Part shown: piece after piece, positions 44,401-53,391 of the stretch
Numbering within the stretch: the stretch's first letter is position 1
Layout: the number at the start of each line of letters is the position of its first letter
Origin: Limnothrix sp. BL-A-16
GTDB taxonomy: Bacteria; Cyanobacteriota; Cyanobacteriia; CACIAM-69d
Assembly (NCBI GenBank): GCA_041937175.2
Contig: CP166615.1
Coordinates: 2,560,001-2,624,000 of the forward strand
Length of the DNA: 64,000 nucleotides
Direction: 5' to 3'
Notes under the pieces: generated by a model
The model's database searches: none
Told to the model about the DNA's origin: nothing
What the model saw: the letters and a program-made list of their open reading frames with translations, nothing else
Made by a program: the position numbers and the translations under genes

Positions 44401-47400
44401 CATCCTTGACAGTCAAGTCTCAAGTGTTGACTGGTGGTTCAGAAGGGGCAGGTGCACTGGTTTTAAACAGAGCCGAGAGTGAGGCCTTCTGGCTCAGAGG
44501 AGATTTCTTCATCGGTCAGTATATGATTGGTGCAGCCAACTTTGGACTGCCCACTTCGGATCGATACAAGTTTGGAAGTGGTGAGCGACAAGACTTTGAG
44601 ACAGGCGCTGTTTTTTATACAGGCTCTTCTTTCACTACCTTGCTTGGTCAGGCAGGAAGTTATTATCAAAAAACGCTGACGAACGCCCAGCGTAACCAAC
44701 TGGGTATGCTGACTGGATCAGCAGTTTTCTCCAATGGGCAATTTACTTACCCCTTCGCTGGTGGCAGCCTAAAGTACAGCTCGTCGGGCGTATTCTCCAT
44801 CGAGTTTAACTGGACAAATTATCCTTCCGTAGCTGCTGGTAACTGGACGGGTACAGGATCAGTACGTCTGCAAAATCCGCCTCAACCTGGGACGATGGCT
44901 GGTTTACCCAATACAGCAGGTGCTTATCAATACAGCACTAGAAGTGCCAACGGTGCGATCGCCCACTATTACGCGAATGGCAACCTTCAGCAACAACCCA
45001 ACAGCGCCAAGATCTACTGGTATCAAATACCGGGCACTACCCAGTTGTCATCAACCAACCCCATTACTACACCAACATCAACCAAACTCACTCCTGCTTC
45101 AGTACTCTTCGATCAGCCTGTCATCAGCTATGAGAGTAACGCGCCAGCATCACTCAATCTTTATTCAAGTCTCAAGCAAGGAAGTTTGAGCAGCACCAAC
45201 CCTGACGACCTGTTCTATTTTGATGTTACGAAGCCTGGCGAGTATATTCAGTGGAACGCCAAAACATTGTCTGGCAATCTCAGGATGCAAATTATTCGGG
45301 ATGCCAACAATAACAACCTTTTGGATGCTAACGAAACAGTCAAGACAATTTCTCTAGGCTCCAATAGCAGCCAATCGATGACTTTTGAGGACAAGGGACG
45401 TTACTATATTCGTCTTTTGCCTGAATCTGGAAGTTCAGCAAGCTACCAGTTGAGTGCGATCGGCTCGCCTTACCGCCCCCTTCATCACGGCGCTGACTTC
45501 AACCGTGACGGGCTAACCGATTTTGCGTACCAAGGAAAAGGAGCTGGCAACAATAGTGCAAGCGTATTTACCTATGGTGCTGCTGGGATCGGCAAATTCA
45601 CTGATCTTCGTAATGATCTTGAGGGTAGTCGTGTCAACTTGATTTGGGGTGACTTTAATGGCGATCGTCGCCCAGACTACATCCGGCAGGAAAAAGCAGA
45701 TTGGGCAACTTGGAACAATAGCAACAATACAAGCAACATTAATGGAAACAACACTACTGAAAACAACACTGAATTGTGGCTAGCTGGTGCTGATGGCAAG
45801 AGTTTTTACGAGGAGCGGGATCTAGAGGCAGCGACTGGTAGTAGCTTCAATGGCAATTTTGTAAACCTCATCCCTGGCGATTTCAATGGCGATGGGAAAA
45901 CAGACTTCATCCGCCAAGAAAAAAGTGACTGGGATAACCATGGCAGTCGCGATGCCGAAGTGTGGCTCAATACGGGTGCTGTTGACTTCAAAATGGTTCA
46001 CAGCCTGACTTTCAATGGCGATGGATTTAAGGGTGATTACGTCAACCTCATCCCTGGCGACTTTGATGGTGACGGCCGGACAGATTTTATCCGACAGGAG
46101 AAAAATAACTGGGATGACGATGGAAGCAACACAGCCGTTGTGTTTCTGTCTAATGGCAATGGCCAGTTTCGTCAGGGAGCCGTTCTCAATAACTCCGAAA
46201 ATGATCTGCGGGGAGATTTTACGAATCTAATCCCCGGTGACTTCAATGGTGATGGAAAAACAGACTTCATTCGTCAGGAAAAGAATACCTGGGATGACGA
46301 TGAAGGTCGTACCGCCGAAGTCTGGCTATCCAATGGAGGTATGAGTCAATTCACTCGTGTTTCAACTCCTCTCCGCCATGATGGTGATGACTTCAAGGGT
46401 AGTTTCGTCAATATTATTCCCGGTGACTTCAATGGCGACGGGCGCACTGATATCCTGCGCCAGAAGTTTGGCCCACGAGATCAGGACAACCATCGAACAG
46501 CAGAAATTTTTCTGTCAAATGGAGATGGGACGTTCAGCAAAAATCCCCAATTGATTCAGTATGGGAATAACTATTTCAAAGGAACCTCCACCAACATTTT
46601 GACGGGCGCACTGGGCGGTACTGCTCCATTTTACGAACATACAGACAGCAGGAGTGGCTGGGTTGTTGAGTATCATGGCTGGCCTAGCAATCGTCCCAAA
46701 CCTGTGGATTTAGGGTGGGATCGTGATGATGTTCTTGGATCGACGCGGCTTGATTCCAATATCCGTTCAGATGGTAAGCGTGGCTTCCAGATGGATTGGG
46801 GACATGATGCGCCGGATGCGCGAGTTCCTAATGATCAGTTTGCGATGCGTGCCTATACTCAATACAGCTTTGAGGCAGGTAAGACCTATGTGGCAAAGGT
46901 GAAAGCAGATGATGGTTATCGTCTCTTTGCCAAACATATTGGCACGAACAAATGGGAAAACTTCATGGCCGATGGATTCCGTAAAGATGCTTACGGAGCG
47001 CACAAAGAAATTCAGTTTACTGTGCCGCAGTCGGGTACCTATGACTTCCACTTCGAGTTCTATGATGACACCAGCGATGCCTACTTCGATTTAACAATTG
47101 ATGAGGCTTCTCGTGTAGAAAACTACTACCCTAACATCGAGTCAACACTCATCGAGTTCTTTGGAAATCGTGCCAATACAAATGGCGAAGATTGGTCTCA
47201 AAGGAGCATTGACACAATGTGGGATCGTATTTCTGGTGAGAGTGCTCAGTTTGGAACCAGAGCGAGTAGTTTCTATGATTCTGGAGATATTTGGCAGCAG
47301 GATTCGCCTGAGGATATTTTGAGAATTTATGACGATCTTTCTCGGGATATTCTAGGGTCTGTTAAGCCTCTGACCACGGGCTATGCCTATGACAGAGGAT

Positions 47401-48338
47401 ACTACTCAGCGTATGGTGCTCATTCTGGCTTGGATATTGATACCATTCGTGGAGATGTAATTCGATCTGCAACACGAGGAAAGTTCGCTTTTGCCAAGCA
47501 CTATCAGTCTCCTGGGAATCCCAACGGTTGGTGGATTGCAATTGACGAGATAGATGCTAATGATGCAAGAACTGGACGGCGCTGGTGGTACGGACACCTT
47601 GGTAGCTCTCGCTTCTCATCTGTTGGGGAAATCATTGAGCGTGGAACTGTGATTGGAGATGCTGGCGACGAGAGTGGCTATGCAAACCATCTTCATCTTA
47701 TGGTGGTGAATACATACGGAGACCCACCAACTTCTTGGAATGAGGCGGTTAACGGGACAGGACGTGGTTATGCAGGAGATGTACAAAACGTCCTAGAACG
47801 AACCATGAGCCCACTCCAAGCTTACTGGGAGTCTCGCAATGAGAATGGGCAACCTCCTGGTAACAATATTCAAGTGCCTAGTAGTGGAACTGTCAGTCAA
47901 GCAGGTTTAGAGTTCATTGCTCGGCATGAAGGTCTACGATTGGATCTGTACAACGATCCTGCAGGACATTGCACAATTGGTGTTGGTCATCTAGTTCATC
48001 GAGGTAACTGCAACGGCAGTGAATCAACAGAGTTTCGGAACGGAATTACAAGAGACCGTGCCCTTGATCTTCTGAACCAAGATGCTAGTGGCGCAGCCAA
48101 CACCGTCCGCCAGTACGTAACTGTGCCTTTGAATCAGAATCAGTTTGATGCTTTGGTCAGCTTTGTTTTTAATGTGGGATCGGGTAACTTTCAAGCATCC
48201 AATCTCTTAATACGTTTGAACCAAGGAGAGTATAGTGCTGTTCCTTCAGAGCTCAATCGTTGGAATAAGGCTGGTGGTGTGGTACTACCAGGCTTAGTTA
48301 CACGCCGGAAGGAAGAAGGCGATCTCTTTACCAGCTAG
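41484..48338 (+). CDS. giant multidomain protein: DUF4114 - S8 subtilase - LGFP-like - PPC - FG-GAP repeats - PA14 - M23 peptidase - GH24 lysozyme
   Basis: FEDL..DRDYNDIVV; IDTG/HGTH/AAGN/GTS; GDFNGDGKTD repeats; DWG..P..F..R..ADDG; HSGLD..HLH; HEGLRLDLYNDPAGHCTIGVG..NQFDALVSF..GLVTRR. Confidence 0.9.
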   Translation: MSDSIFGLPEFVEPTPLGVVPTSQPTIDLSRLLPPVLANGLSTSERLEQIQQLQTGSLTDPILGSNPQATVPAGRTQNVRRNPALGNGTSTPTGDGGLGGTASPIDPLTGDSLDDSSTTADGSTGAIEPKPALTSLSTAPTSPDIQFTSGAFTALSATASVEFQWDGGGYSNTQLGIFSLEGMEQFTGDAFHREAARRATTNSPTGHLLIDDRTEGAKFSGKLNHEDNFNQGPFNGVKTFSITPGAKYGLILIPDGKLADIATGAAQAEGSRRPLYSMATANPDQLFQAGQLVEVGSDPTRGNTYVFEDLRLDQGSDRDYNDIVVRLRGFSGSVPSIDQYIDSNKDWRKEEAGKLLLADALPYVTVEPSQPAPSAPTPSPSPAPGNDPSSSTTTPPTPAPGPTPPNTEPPAPSTPVPSTTPVISPLGTFPWTYPTPEDLAAAAITPASKFPIVGVIDTGFARSNPDLDYSKIVWGKDYIDNDADPLLNPGEGNEHGTHILGLISALRNNGVGIDGLAPDAPIWAARAVGSGNWAKALVDYVDYIKSKGQTRGLVNLSFDLTQKNADGTISTRYEFTPEERVAIETARQAGVILVVAAGNSGTGDMSVLAQAAQEFDNIISVAAAEQIDRSVAIADGAAKTDYSSSGKKLTLSAIGGTIEQGIPSLLAEGLGTMAGTSVATAKVTANAALAWAANPSLNYLQVKDVLTKTATDIEAPGYDELTGYGIVNGAAAISLAKMTKGETYNPEPWFAPDSWSGEGFATPWEREVAALDSYAIRSNPSSSGYMGLFLYDARWYQMSAEAIERDDVRRNFLGYSHATFRTFVDFVPPRISNDIRLVPVAYHAGVPYKWTTKSTSTLKAELGRDPTFDDLVRIARPDLVPGDPAYAAFELFLVRQHKARPVSTTGTGRTGVLSSSPLVYIPQPWTELANFATLVPDTISLANSAYAKNGGSSTLGSPVSGQGLGKFDSQIYSSLTVKSQVLTGGSEGAGALVLNRAESEAFWLRGDFFIGQYMIGAANFGLPTSDRYKFGSGERQDFETGAVFYTGSSFTTLLGQAGSYYQKTLTNAQRNQLGMLTGSAVFSNGQFTYPFAGGSLKYSSSGVFSIEFNWTNYPSVAAGNWTGTGSVRLQNPPQPGTMAGLPNTAGAYQYSTRSANGAIAHYYANGNLQQQPNSAKIYWYQIPGTTQLSSTNPITTPTSTKLTPASVLFDQPVISYESNAPASLNLYSSLKQGSLSSTNPDDLFYFDVTKPGEYIQWNAKTLSGNLRMQIIRDANNNNLLDANETVKTISLGSNSSQSMTFEDKGRYYIRLLPESGSSASYQLSAIGSPYRPLHHGADFNRDGLTDFAYQGKGAGNNSASVFTYGAAGIGKFTDLRNDLEGSRVNLIWGDFNGDRRPDYIRQEKADWATWNNSNNTSNINGNNTTENNTELWLAGADGKSFYEERDLEAATGSSFNGNFVNLIPGDFNGDGKTDFIRQEKSDWDNHGSRDAEVWLNTGAVDFKMVHSLTFNGDGFKGDYVNLIPGDFDGDGRTDFIRQEKNNWDDDGSNTAVVFLSNGNGQFRQGAVLNNSENDLRGDFTNLIPGDFNGDGKTDFIRQEKNTWDDDEGRTAEVWLSNGGMSQFTRVSTPLRHDGDDFKGSFVNIIPGDFNGDGRTDILRQKFGPRDQDNHRTAEIFLSNGDGTFSKNPQLIQYGNNYFKGTSTNILTGALGGTAPFYEHTDSRSGWVVEYHGWPSNRPKPVDLGWDRDDVLGSTRLDSNIRSDGKRGFQMDWGHDAPDARVPNDQFAMRAYTQYSFEAGKTYVAKVKADDGYRLFAKHIGTNKWENFMADGFRKDAYGAHKEIQFTVPQSGTYDFHFEFYDDTSDAYFDLTIDEASRVENYYPNIESTLIEFFGNRANTNGEDWSQRSIDTMWDRISGESAQFGTRASSFYDSGDIWQQDSPEDILRIYDDLSRDILGSVKPLTTGYAYDRGYYSAYGAHSGLDIDTIRGDVIRSATRGKFAFAKHYQSPGNPNGWWIAIDEIDANDARTGRRWWYGHLGSSRFSSVGEIIERGTVIGDAGDESGYANHLHLMVVNTYGDPPTSWNEAVNGTGRGYAGDVQNVLERTMSPLQAYWESRNENGQPPGNNIQVPSSGTVSQAGLEFIARHEGLRLDLYNDPAGHCTIGVGHLVHRGNCNGSESTEFRNGITRDRALDLLNQDASGAANTVRQYVTVPLNQNQFDALVSFVFNVGSGNFQASNLLIRLNQGEYSAVPSELNRWNKAGGVVLPGLVTRRKEEGDLFTS

Positions 48339-48347
48339 ATACGAAGC

Positions 48348-48372
48348 GGGCGATCGCCCTTGCTAGACTGGG
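48348..48372 (+). repeat. 25-bp direct repeat copy 1 (HIP1 + extended -10-like TGCTAGACT)
   Basis: gggcgatcgcccttgctagactggg; 24/25 identical to 49086-49110. Confidence 0.85.
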
Positions 48373-48413
48373 AATCGCCAGCCGATCGCCCCCACGAGAT
48401 CTGAGGCAACCCT

Positions 48414-48647
48414 ATGGCTCTGTTAACGCTGGAAATTTCCCTAGAGATTCTTTTAGAAGCGATCGCCCATTGGGATCGGAGTGATCGACTGCAACTGTGG
48501 CAATTCCTCAGTGACGATCTTTTCAGCGATGTGGAAACAGAGATCGATCGATCGCCCACCGAAGATCTCCGACAATCACTTCAGGAAATGCACTCAGGGC
48601 AAACTTTTCCCATCGAACAAATGTGGCTGGTCGTCGAAGCCAATTAA
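48414..48647 (+). CDS. putative type II antitoxin
   Basis: 77-aa acidic ORF 6 bp upstream of the RelE-like gene; LRQSLQEMHSGQTFPIEQMW. Confidence 0.7.
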   Translation: MALLTLEISLEILLEAIAHWDRSDRLQLWQFLSDDLFSDVETEIDRSPTEDLRQSLQEMHSGQTFPIEQMWLVVEAN

Positions 48648-48653
48648 CCAGCC

Positions 48654-48986
48654 ATGTCAATCGAGGTTACACCCACCTTCACGCGAAAGGTTCGCACCCT
48701 GCTTAAGCGTTATCGAAGTCTGCGCCAAGACTTACAGCCCATACTAGACCAACTCGCGCAGGGCGAACGTCCCGGTGATCGCCTCCAAGGCATGTCGCTT
48801 AACGTCTTCAAAGTACGAATTAAAAACAGTGATATTGGCAAGAGAAAAAGCGCTGGATATCGTCTGATCTATTACGCAGAATTAGCAGAACGAATTGTTC
48901 TATTAACGATTTATAGCAAAAGTGATCGCACAGATATTGGTTCGCAAGAAATTCTTGAAATTCTTCGTGAATTCGATTCGCCCTAA
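48654..48986 (+). CDS. RelE/ParE (HigB-like) type II toxin
   Basis: FKVRIKNSDIGKRKSAGYRLIYY..LLTIYSKSD. Confidence 0.85.
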   Translation: MSIEVTPTFTRKVRTLLKRYRSLRQDLQPILDQLAQGERPGDRLQGMSLNVFKVRIKNSDIGKRKSAGYRLIYYAELAERIVLLTIYSKSDRTDIGSQEILEILREFDSP

Positions 48987-49085
48987 AATAGCATCATGCA
49001 CCTCGATGATCAGCAACCTTAAAGATCATAGCTGCGATCCGAGTTTGATAAGGCGACCGTAGCACTATGATCGTGACCCATCGCA

Positions 49086-49110
49086 GGGTGATCGCCCTTG
49101 CTAGACTGGG
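49086..49110 (+). repeat. 25-bp direct repeat copy 2
   Basis: gggtgatcgcccttgctagactggg, 40 bp before the Uma2 ATG. Confidence 0.85.
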
Positions 49111-49150
49111 GTTCAGTTCCCTTGGCTTGCAGCGTTGCTCACCCTAGCCC

Positions 49151-49768
49151 ATGGTTGCCCTGCCCGATCGCCTCTCCGTCACGGACTACTTTGCCCTAGA
49201 AGCCATCAGCCCCACCAAGCATGAGTATTGGGATGGCTATCTGGTGGCCATGGCCGGGGCGAGCGATGCCCATGTGGCGATCGTGGGCAACCTATTTGCT
49301 GCGCTGTTGGGACACATTGCGCCGCCCTGTCGGATCTATATAACTGATATGCGCCTGCAAATTGCCAATAAAAATCGCTATTTTTATCCCGATCTCCTGG
49401 TGACTTGCGACCCCAGAGATACGATCATTACGCCTGAAAATAATTACGCCAAACAGTTTCCAACCTTAATTGTTGAAGTGCTGTCAGACACCACAGAACT
49501 ACGCGATCGCGGTAGCAAGTTTTTTGACTATCAACAGATCGAAAGTCTCCAGGAATATGCCCTGATTAATACCAATTGTCAGCGCGTTGAATGCTTCCGT
49601 CGTAACCAGGAGGATGATTGGGTACTGACCACCTACACACCCGATCGCGCCGATCGATTCCAACTCAAATCCATCGACTTTACGGGAACCCTGACGCAGC
49701 TTTATCGCAATGCGATCGCCCTGCCCAGTTCCCCAGCCTTTGATTCAGACCCACCCGATCGCCCTTAG
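49151..49768 (+). CDS. Uma2-family (DUF820) PD-(D/E)XK endonuclease
   Basis: KHEYWDG..AMAGAS..H, YPDLLVTC, IVEVLS.TTE.RDRG.KF..Y. Confidence 0.93.
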   Translation: MVALPDRLSVTDYFALEAISPTKHEYWDGYLVAMAGASDAHVAIVGNLFAALLGHIAPPCRIYITDMRLQIANKNRYFYPDLLVTCDPRDTIITPENNYAKQFPTLIVEVLSDTTELRDRGSKFFDYQQIESLQEYALINTNCQRVECFRRNQEDDWVLTTYTPDRADRFQLKSIDFTGTLTQLYRNAIALPSSPAFDSDPPDRP

Positions 49769-50093
49769 TCGCCATCACCGTCACTATCTCCTATGGCAGT
49801 TTTATCCACTTGATGGGAGGAGCGATTGCCCTTGCTCGGCCCGCCAGCCCTCGCTCTTGCAACAATTAAAGGCTTTTATTAAAGATTGAATGAAGGATTG
49901 TCCGAAAAAAGGTTTTTAGTTGCTTAAGTTAAAGATTTTGTGAAAAGTAGACTCAAAAACGACTAATTTGGCGGATATTTTTTAAGTTTTAATTGATACA
50001 TCAAAGCTTATTTATCTCCAGCTCTATCGATATAATCAATGCAGGGTGACAGTCATTGAATTGTCTTCATCTTGATATTCCCCCCATAGATCT

Positions 50094-51014
50094 ATGAAGC
50101 TTCTTAAAACGGCTCTGAGTTTGACTGCGATTGTCACCTCTTCAGTGGCCGCCTGCTTGGCAGGTTCTGCGCCAGCCCAAGCCTATCGAATGTTTTTAGG
50201 CGAAGATTTAAATTCAAACCCTTGGGCTCCAACCTCTAATCGCACCAACTCTCAGGCAGCAGAAGCCGCTTTTTTGTCAAATTTGACCGGTGTGGGTACT
50301 GAGACCTTTGAAAGTCAAATCACCGGCACTAACAATCTTCTAAATGTTTCATTTCCCGGAGCTGGAACGGCAACACTCTCGGGAAATGGTCGAATTTCAA
50401 GCGTGCCCGTGGGCTGGACAAATGGCGTTGGTCGCTATGCCGTTTCTGGGACTCAATTTTGGGAAGTGGACGCTGGGGGACACTTCACAATCAATTTCAG
50501 TCAGCAGGTGGGAGCTTTTGGGTTTTATGGGGTTGATATTGGTGATTTTGGTGGCCAATTAACCCTGACTTTGGCGGGCGCATCCACCACAAAACAGGTG
50601 ACGGTTAATAACACAATCGGCTCGTCGGGCAGCACGGATGGTTCTGTGCTGTTCTTTGGCATTATTGCGGAAACGATGGAGGAGGCGTTCAGTAGTGTTT
50701 CCTTCAGCATGTCAACGGGTCAAGGCGATGTTTTTGCCTTTGACAACATGACGGTGGGCGGTCTGTCTCAGGTCAAAACTCCGGAGCCATCCCCCCAGCC
50801 CAGTCCTGAGCCGACTCCGGAACCCAGTCCTGAACCCACTGTGACTCCGGAACCCGGCCCTAGCCCAACCCCCAGCCCCTCAGCAACTCCTACGCCGCAA
50901 CCCACGCAGCCCACGGATCCGGTGTCAGTGCCGGAGCCGGGATCGATCGGGGCCTTGTTCCTGGTGGGAGCCATGGGAGTCCTGGGTTTGGGTCGTCGTC
51001 GCCGCGCTGACTGA
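50094..51014 (+). CDS. PEP-CTERM sorting-domain surface protein
   Basis: Signal peptide ..AQA, Pro/Glu/Thr linker, VPEPGS-TM-RRRR tail. Confidence 0.92.
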   Translation: MKLLKTALSLTAIVTSSVAACLAGSAPAQAYRMFLGEDLNSNPWAPTSNRTNSQAAEAAFLSNLTGVGTETFESQITGTNNLLNVSFPGAGTATLSGNGRISSVPVGWTNGVGRYAVSGTQFWEVDAGGHFTINFSQQVGAFGFYGVDIGDFGGQLTLTLAGASTTKQVTVNNTIGSSGSTDGSVLFFGIIAETMEEAFSSVSFSMSTGQGDVFAFDNMTVGGLSQVKTPEPSPQPSPEPTPEPSPEPTVTPEPGPSPTPSPSATPTPQPTQPTDPVSVPEPGSIGALFLVGAMGVLGLGRRRRAD

Positions 51015-51181
51015 TAGGTAAGCCAAAGCTGTACAACGGGATCGCTGATCGGGAAGATTGCAGGAAATCTAAAGAAGCACCTGCAAGAGATCGAGAGGCA
51101 TCGGAGACAATGCCAAGCTGGAAAGATTCCCAGCTCGGGTTTCTGCCGCTTGGTTCTCTCTTCCTTCAACGGGTTAAAACC

Positions 51182-52543
51182 ATGACCGATCGACCTGCGC
51201 TGCTGATTCGGAACGCTCGCATCCTGTTGCCCGAAGGGGATTTCCTGCAAGGCGATGTGTGGATCGAAGGCGATCAGATTCGGCAGGTGGCTCCTGAAAT
51301 TTCCCCCGACACGATCGGGCCGATCGACCGTGAAATTGACGCAACGGGTTTGACCCTGTTGCCGGGCGCGATCGACCCTCAAGTTCATTTCCGCGAACCA
51401 GGTTTAGAGCATAAAGAGGATCTCCGAACCGCCAGCCATGCCTGTGCCAAGGGCGGTGTCACCTCCTTTTTGGAGATGCCTAACACCAAGCCCTTAACCA
51501 CCACTCAAGCCACGCTGCAAGACAAGCTCGATCGCGCGGCGAGTAAGTGCGTGGTCAACTATGGCTTTTTCATTGGAGCCACCGCCGATCGGTTGCCGGA
51601 TTTGATCACGGCGAACCCCGTTTGCGGCATCAAGATCTTTATGGGGTCAATGCATGGCCCCTTGTTGGTGGATGAGGAGCCAATCCTTGATCAAATTTTT
51701 GCGATGGGGCAACAGCCGGGACAAACGGGCTATGGGCGCTTAATTGCTGTCCATGCCGAAAACCAAGATCGGATTCGTCAGCGCCGGGAGCAATTTGCGG
51801 GCATTACCGATCCGGCAATCCATTCCCAAATTCAAGACAACCAAGCCGCGCTGGAGGCCACACAACTGGCCCTCAAGTTGGCGCGGAAGCATCGTCGGCG
51901 GCTGCACATCTTGCACATGTCCACGGGTGATGAGGCGAACCTGATGCGTCAGGACAAGCCCGAATGGGTGACCTGTGAAGTTACCCCCCAACATTTGCTG
52001 CTGGATGTGAGTGCCTACGAAACGATCGGCACTTTTGCGCAAATGAATCCCCCCCTGCGATCGCCTGAAGATTGCGCAATTTTGTGGCAGGCCCTGCTAG
52101 ATGGGGTCATTGATTTCATTGCCACTGACCACGCCCCCCACACCTTGGAAGAAAAGGCGCAACCCTATCCCAACAGTCCCAGCGGAATGCCGGGGGTGCA
52201 AACCTCCTTGCCCCTAATGCTGACCCAGGCGGCGGCGGGGCGCTGCACGGTGGCTCAGGTGGCCCGGTGGATGTCAACCAATGTGGCCAAGGGGTTTGGC
52301 ATTCCCAACAAGGGGGCGATCGCTCCCGGATTGGATGCGGATTTGGTGTTGGTGGATCTCAATCACTACCGTCCGGTGCTGCGGGAAGAAATGCTGTCCA
52401 AATGTGGTTGGAGTCCCTTTGAGGGGTGGAATCTCACGGGTTGGCCGGTTTACACGATCGTGGGCGGCCAGGTGGCCTATGAAAACGGCCAGGTTAATGA
52501 GTCGGTGCGTGGTCGGGCCTTGAGGTTTGAACCGGCGGTGTAG
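51182..52543 (+). CDS. pyrC: dihydroorotase (amidohydrolase family)
   Basis: DPQVHFREPG, EMPNT.P, MNPPLR, IATDHAPH. Confidence 0.88.
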   Translation: MTDRPALLIRNARILLPEGDFLQGDVWIEGDQIRQVAPEISPDTIGPIDREIDATGLTLLPGAIDPQVHFREPGLEHKEDLRTASHACAKGGVTSFLEMPNTKPLTTTQATLQDKLDRAASKCVVNYGFFIGATADRLPDLITANPVCGIKIFMGSMHGPLLVDEEPILDQIFAMGQQPGQTGYGRLIAVHAENQDRIRQRREQFAGITDPAIHSQIQDNQAALEATQLALKLARKHRRRLHILHMSTGDEANLMRQDKPEWVTCEVTPQHLLLDVSAYETIGTFAQMNPPLRSPEDCAILWQALLDGVIDFIATDHAPHTLEEKAQPYPNSPSGMPGVQTSLPLMLTQAAAGRCTVAQVARWMSTNVAKGFGIPNKGAIAPGLDADLVLVDLNHYRPVLREEMLSKCGWSPFEGWNLTGWPVYTIVGGQVAYENGQVNESVRGRALRFEPAV

Positions 52544-52609
52544 GGCTGATCGTTAACTCGCCTAGATCCCCCATATCACCGCTGGCAGATCGTGGCAGAT
52601 CGTGAAAGA

Positions 52610-52700
52610 CAAGGGGCTTCAGCCCCTTGTTCTGCATCACATAGGCCCCCACCAACACCGTTACCACAGATCATGAAAGGCAAGGGGCTTAAGCCCCTTG
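52610..52700. repeat. pair of REP-like palindromes
   Basis: caaggggcttcagccccttg (52610-52629) and caaggggcttaagccccttg (52681-52700). Confidence 0.85.
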
Positions 52701-52740
52701 TTCCGGCGATGGGGCTATGGACAATCAGCCGTAGAAGCAC

Positions 52741-53391
52741 CTAGGGCGTGGGGCGGCCCAGAAACCATTCCAGCCGCAGGGCCGTTTGGTCATCGTCGGG
52801 GGCAAATTGGCTCAGGGGTTCTTGGCGACCCAGATTCGATCGCAACTGGGTGGCCGCCCAACTGCTGGGCCGCGTGCGATCGCCCTGGCGACCAAACAGC
52901 CATAGGTTCGATCGCCCGCTGTCTTCGGTGCTGATTCCTTGGGCATAGCGAGCCTGCTGCTCGGTTTTGGCCCCAGCACTCAGCAGCAACACAGACTCCC
53001 CTTCGGGCCCGTAGTAGACTTCCAATCCGTCCCCTGGATCCACGATTGGCGGGATTTCTTCGGGGCCCCCTAGCCCATATTCCACCCATTGCTGGCAAGT
53101 GGCTAGCTCACTGTAGGGCAACTCAAGCTGCGCCAACATGGGCAAAATGGCCGCGTGATCGCACTCCAAATCGCCCGCCGCCGTCAGGTCTTGGGCCTTA
53201 CCTTCGGGGAGCGGTGGCGTTTGGCTGGCCACGCGCTGGGCCAGCACCAGCACCAACAGCCCCGTCAACAAAGCAATAGCACTCGATCGCCGCCAGGCCT
53301 TCCTCAGCCAGGTTCCTGCAATCCCAACTTGCCAAACTCCAACTTTCCAGGTGTTGATCGGCGGCTGGTGTTCCATGATCCGATCCATCAT
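52741..53391 (-). CDS. hypothetical exported protein
   Basis: ORF with a hydrophobic signal-like segment; no recognised motif. Confidence 0.5.
   Translation of the reverse strand: MMDRIMEHQPPINTWKVGVWQVGIAGTWLRKAWRRSSAIALLTGLLVLVLAQRVASQTPPLPEGKAQDLTAAGDLECDHAAILPMLAQLELPYSELATCQQWVEYGLGGPEEIPPIVDPGDGLEVYYGPEGESVLLLSAGAKTEQQARYAQGISTEDSGRSNLWLFGRQGDRTRPSSWAATQLRSNLGRQEPLSQFAPDDDQTALRLEWFLGRPTP

Noticed and set aside
47890..48338. GH24 lysozyme as evidence of a prophage
   Set aside because: Fused in frame to a large protein; no holin, structural or integrase genes nearby
48348..49836. Direct repeats considered as a CRISPR array
   Set aside because: Intervals are ~735 bp and contain genes; no cas genes in the window
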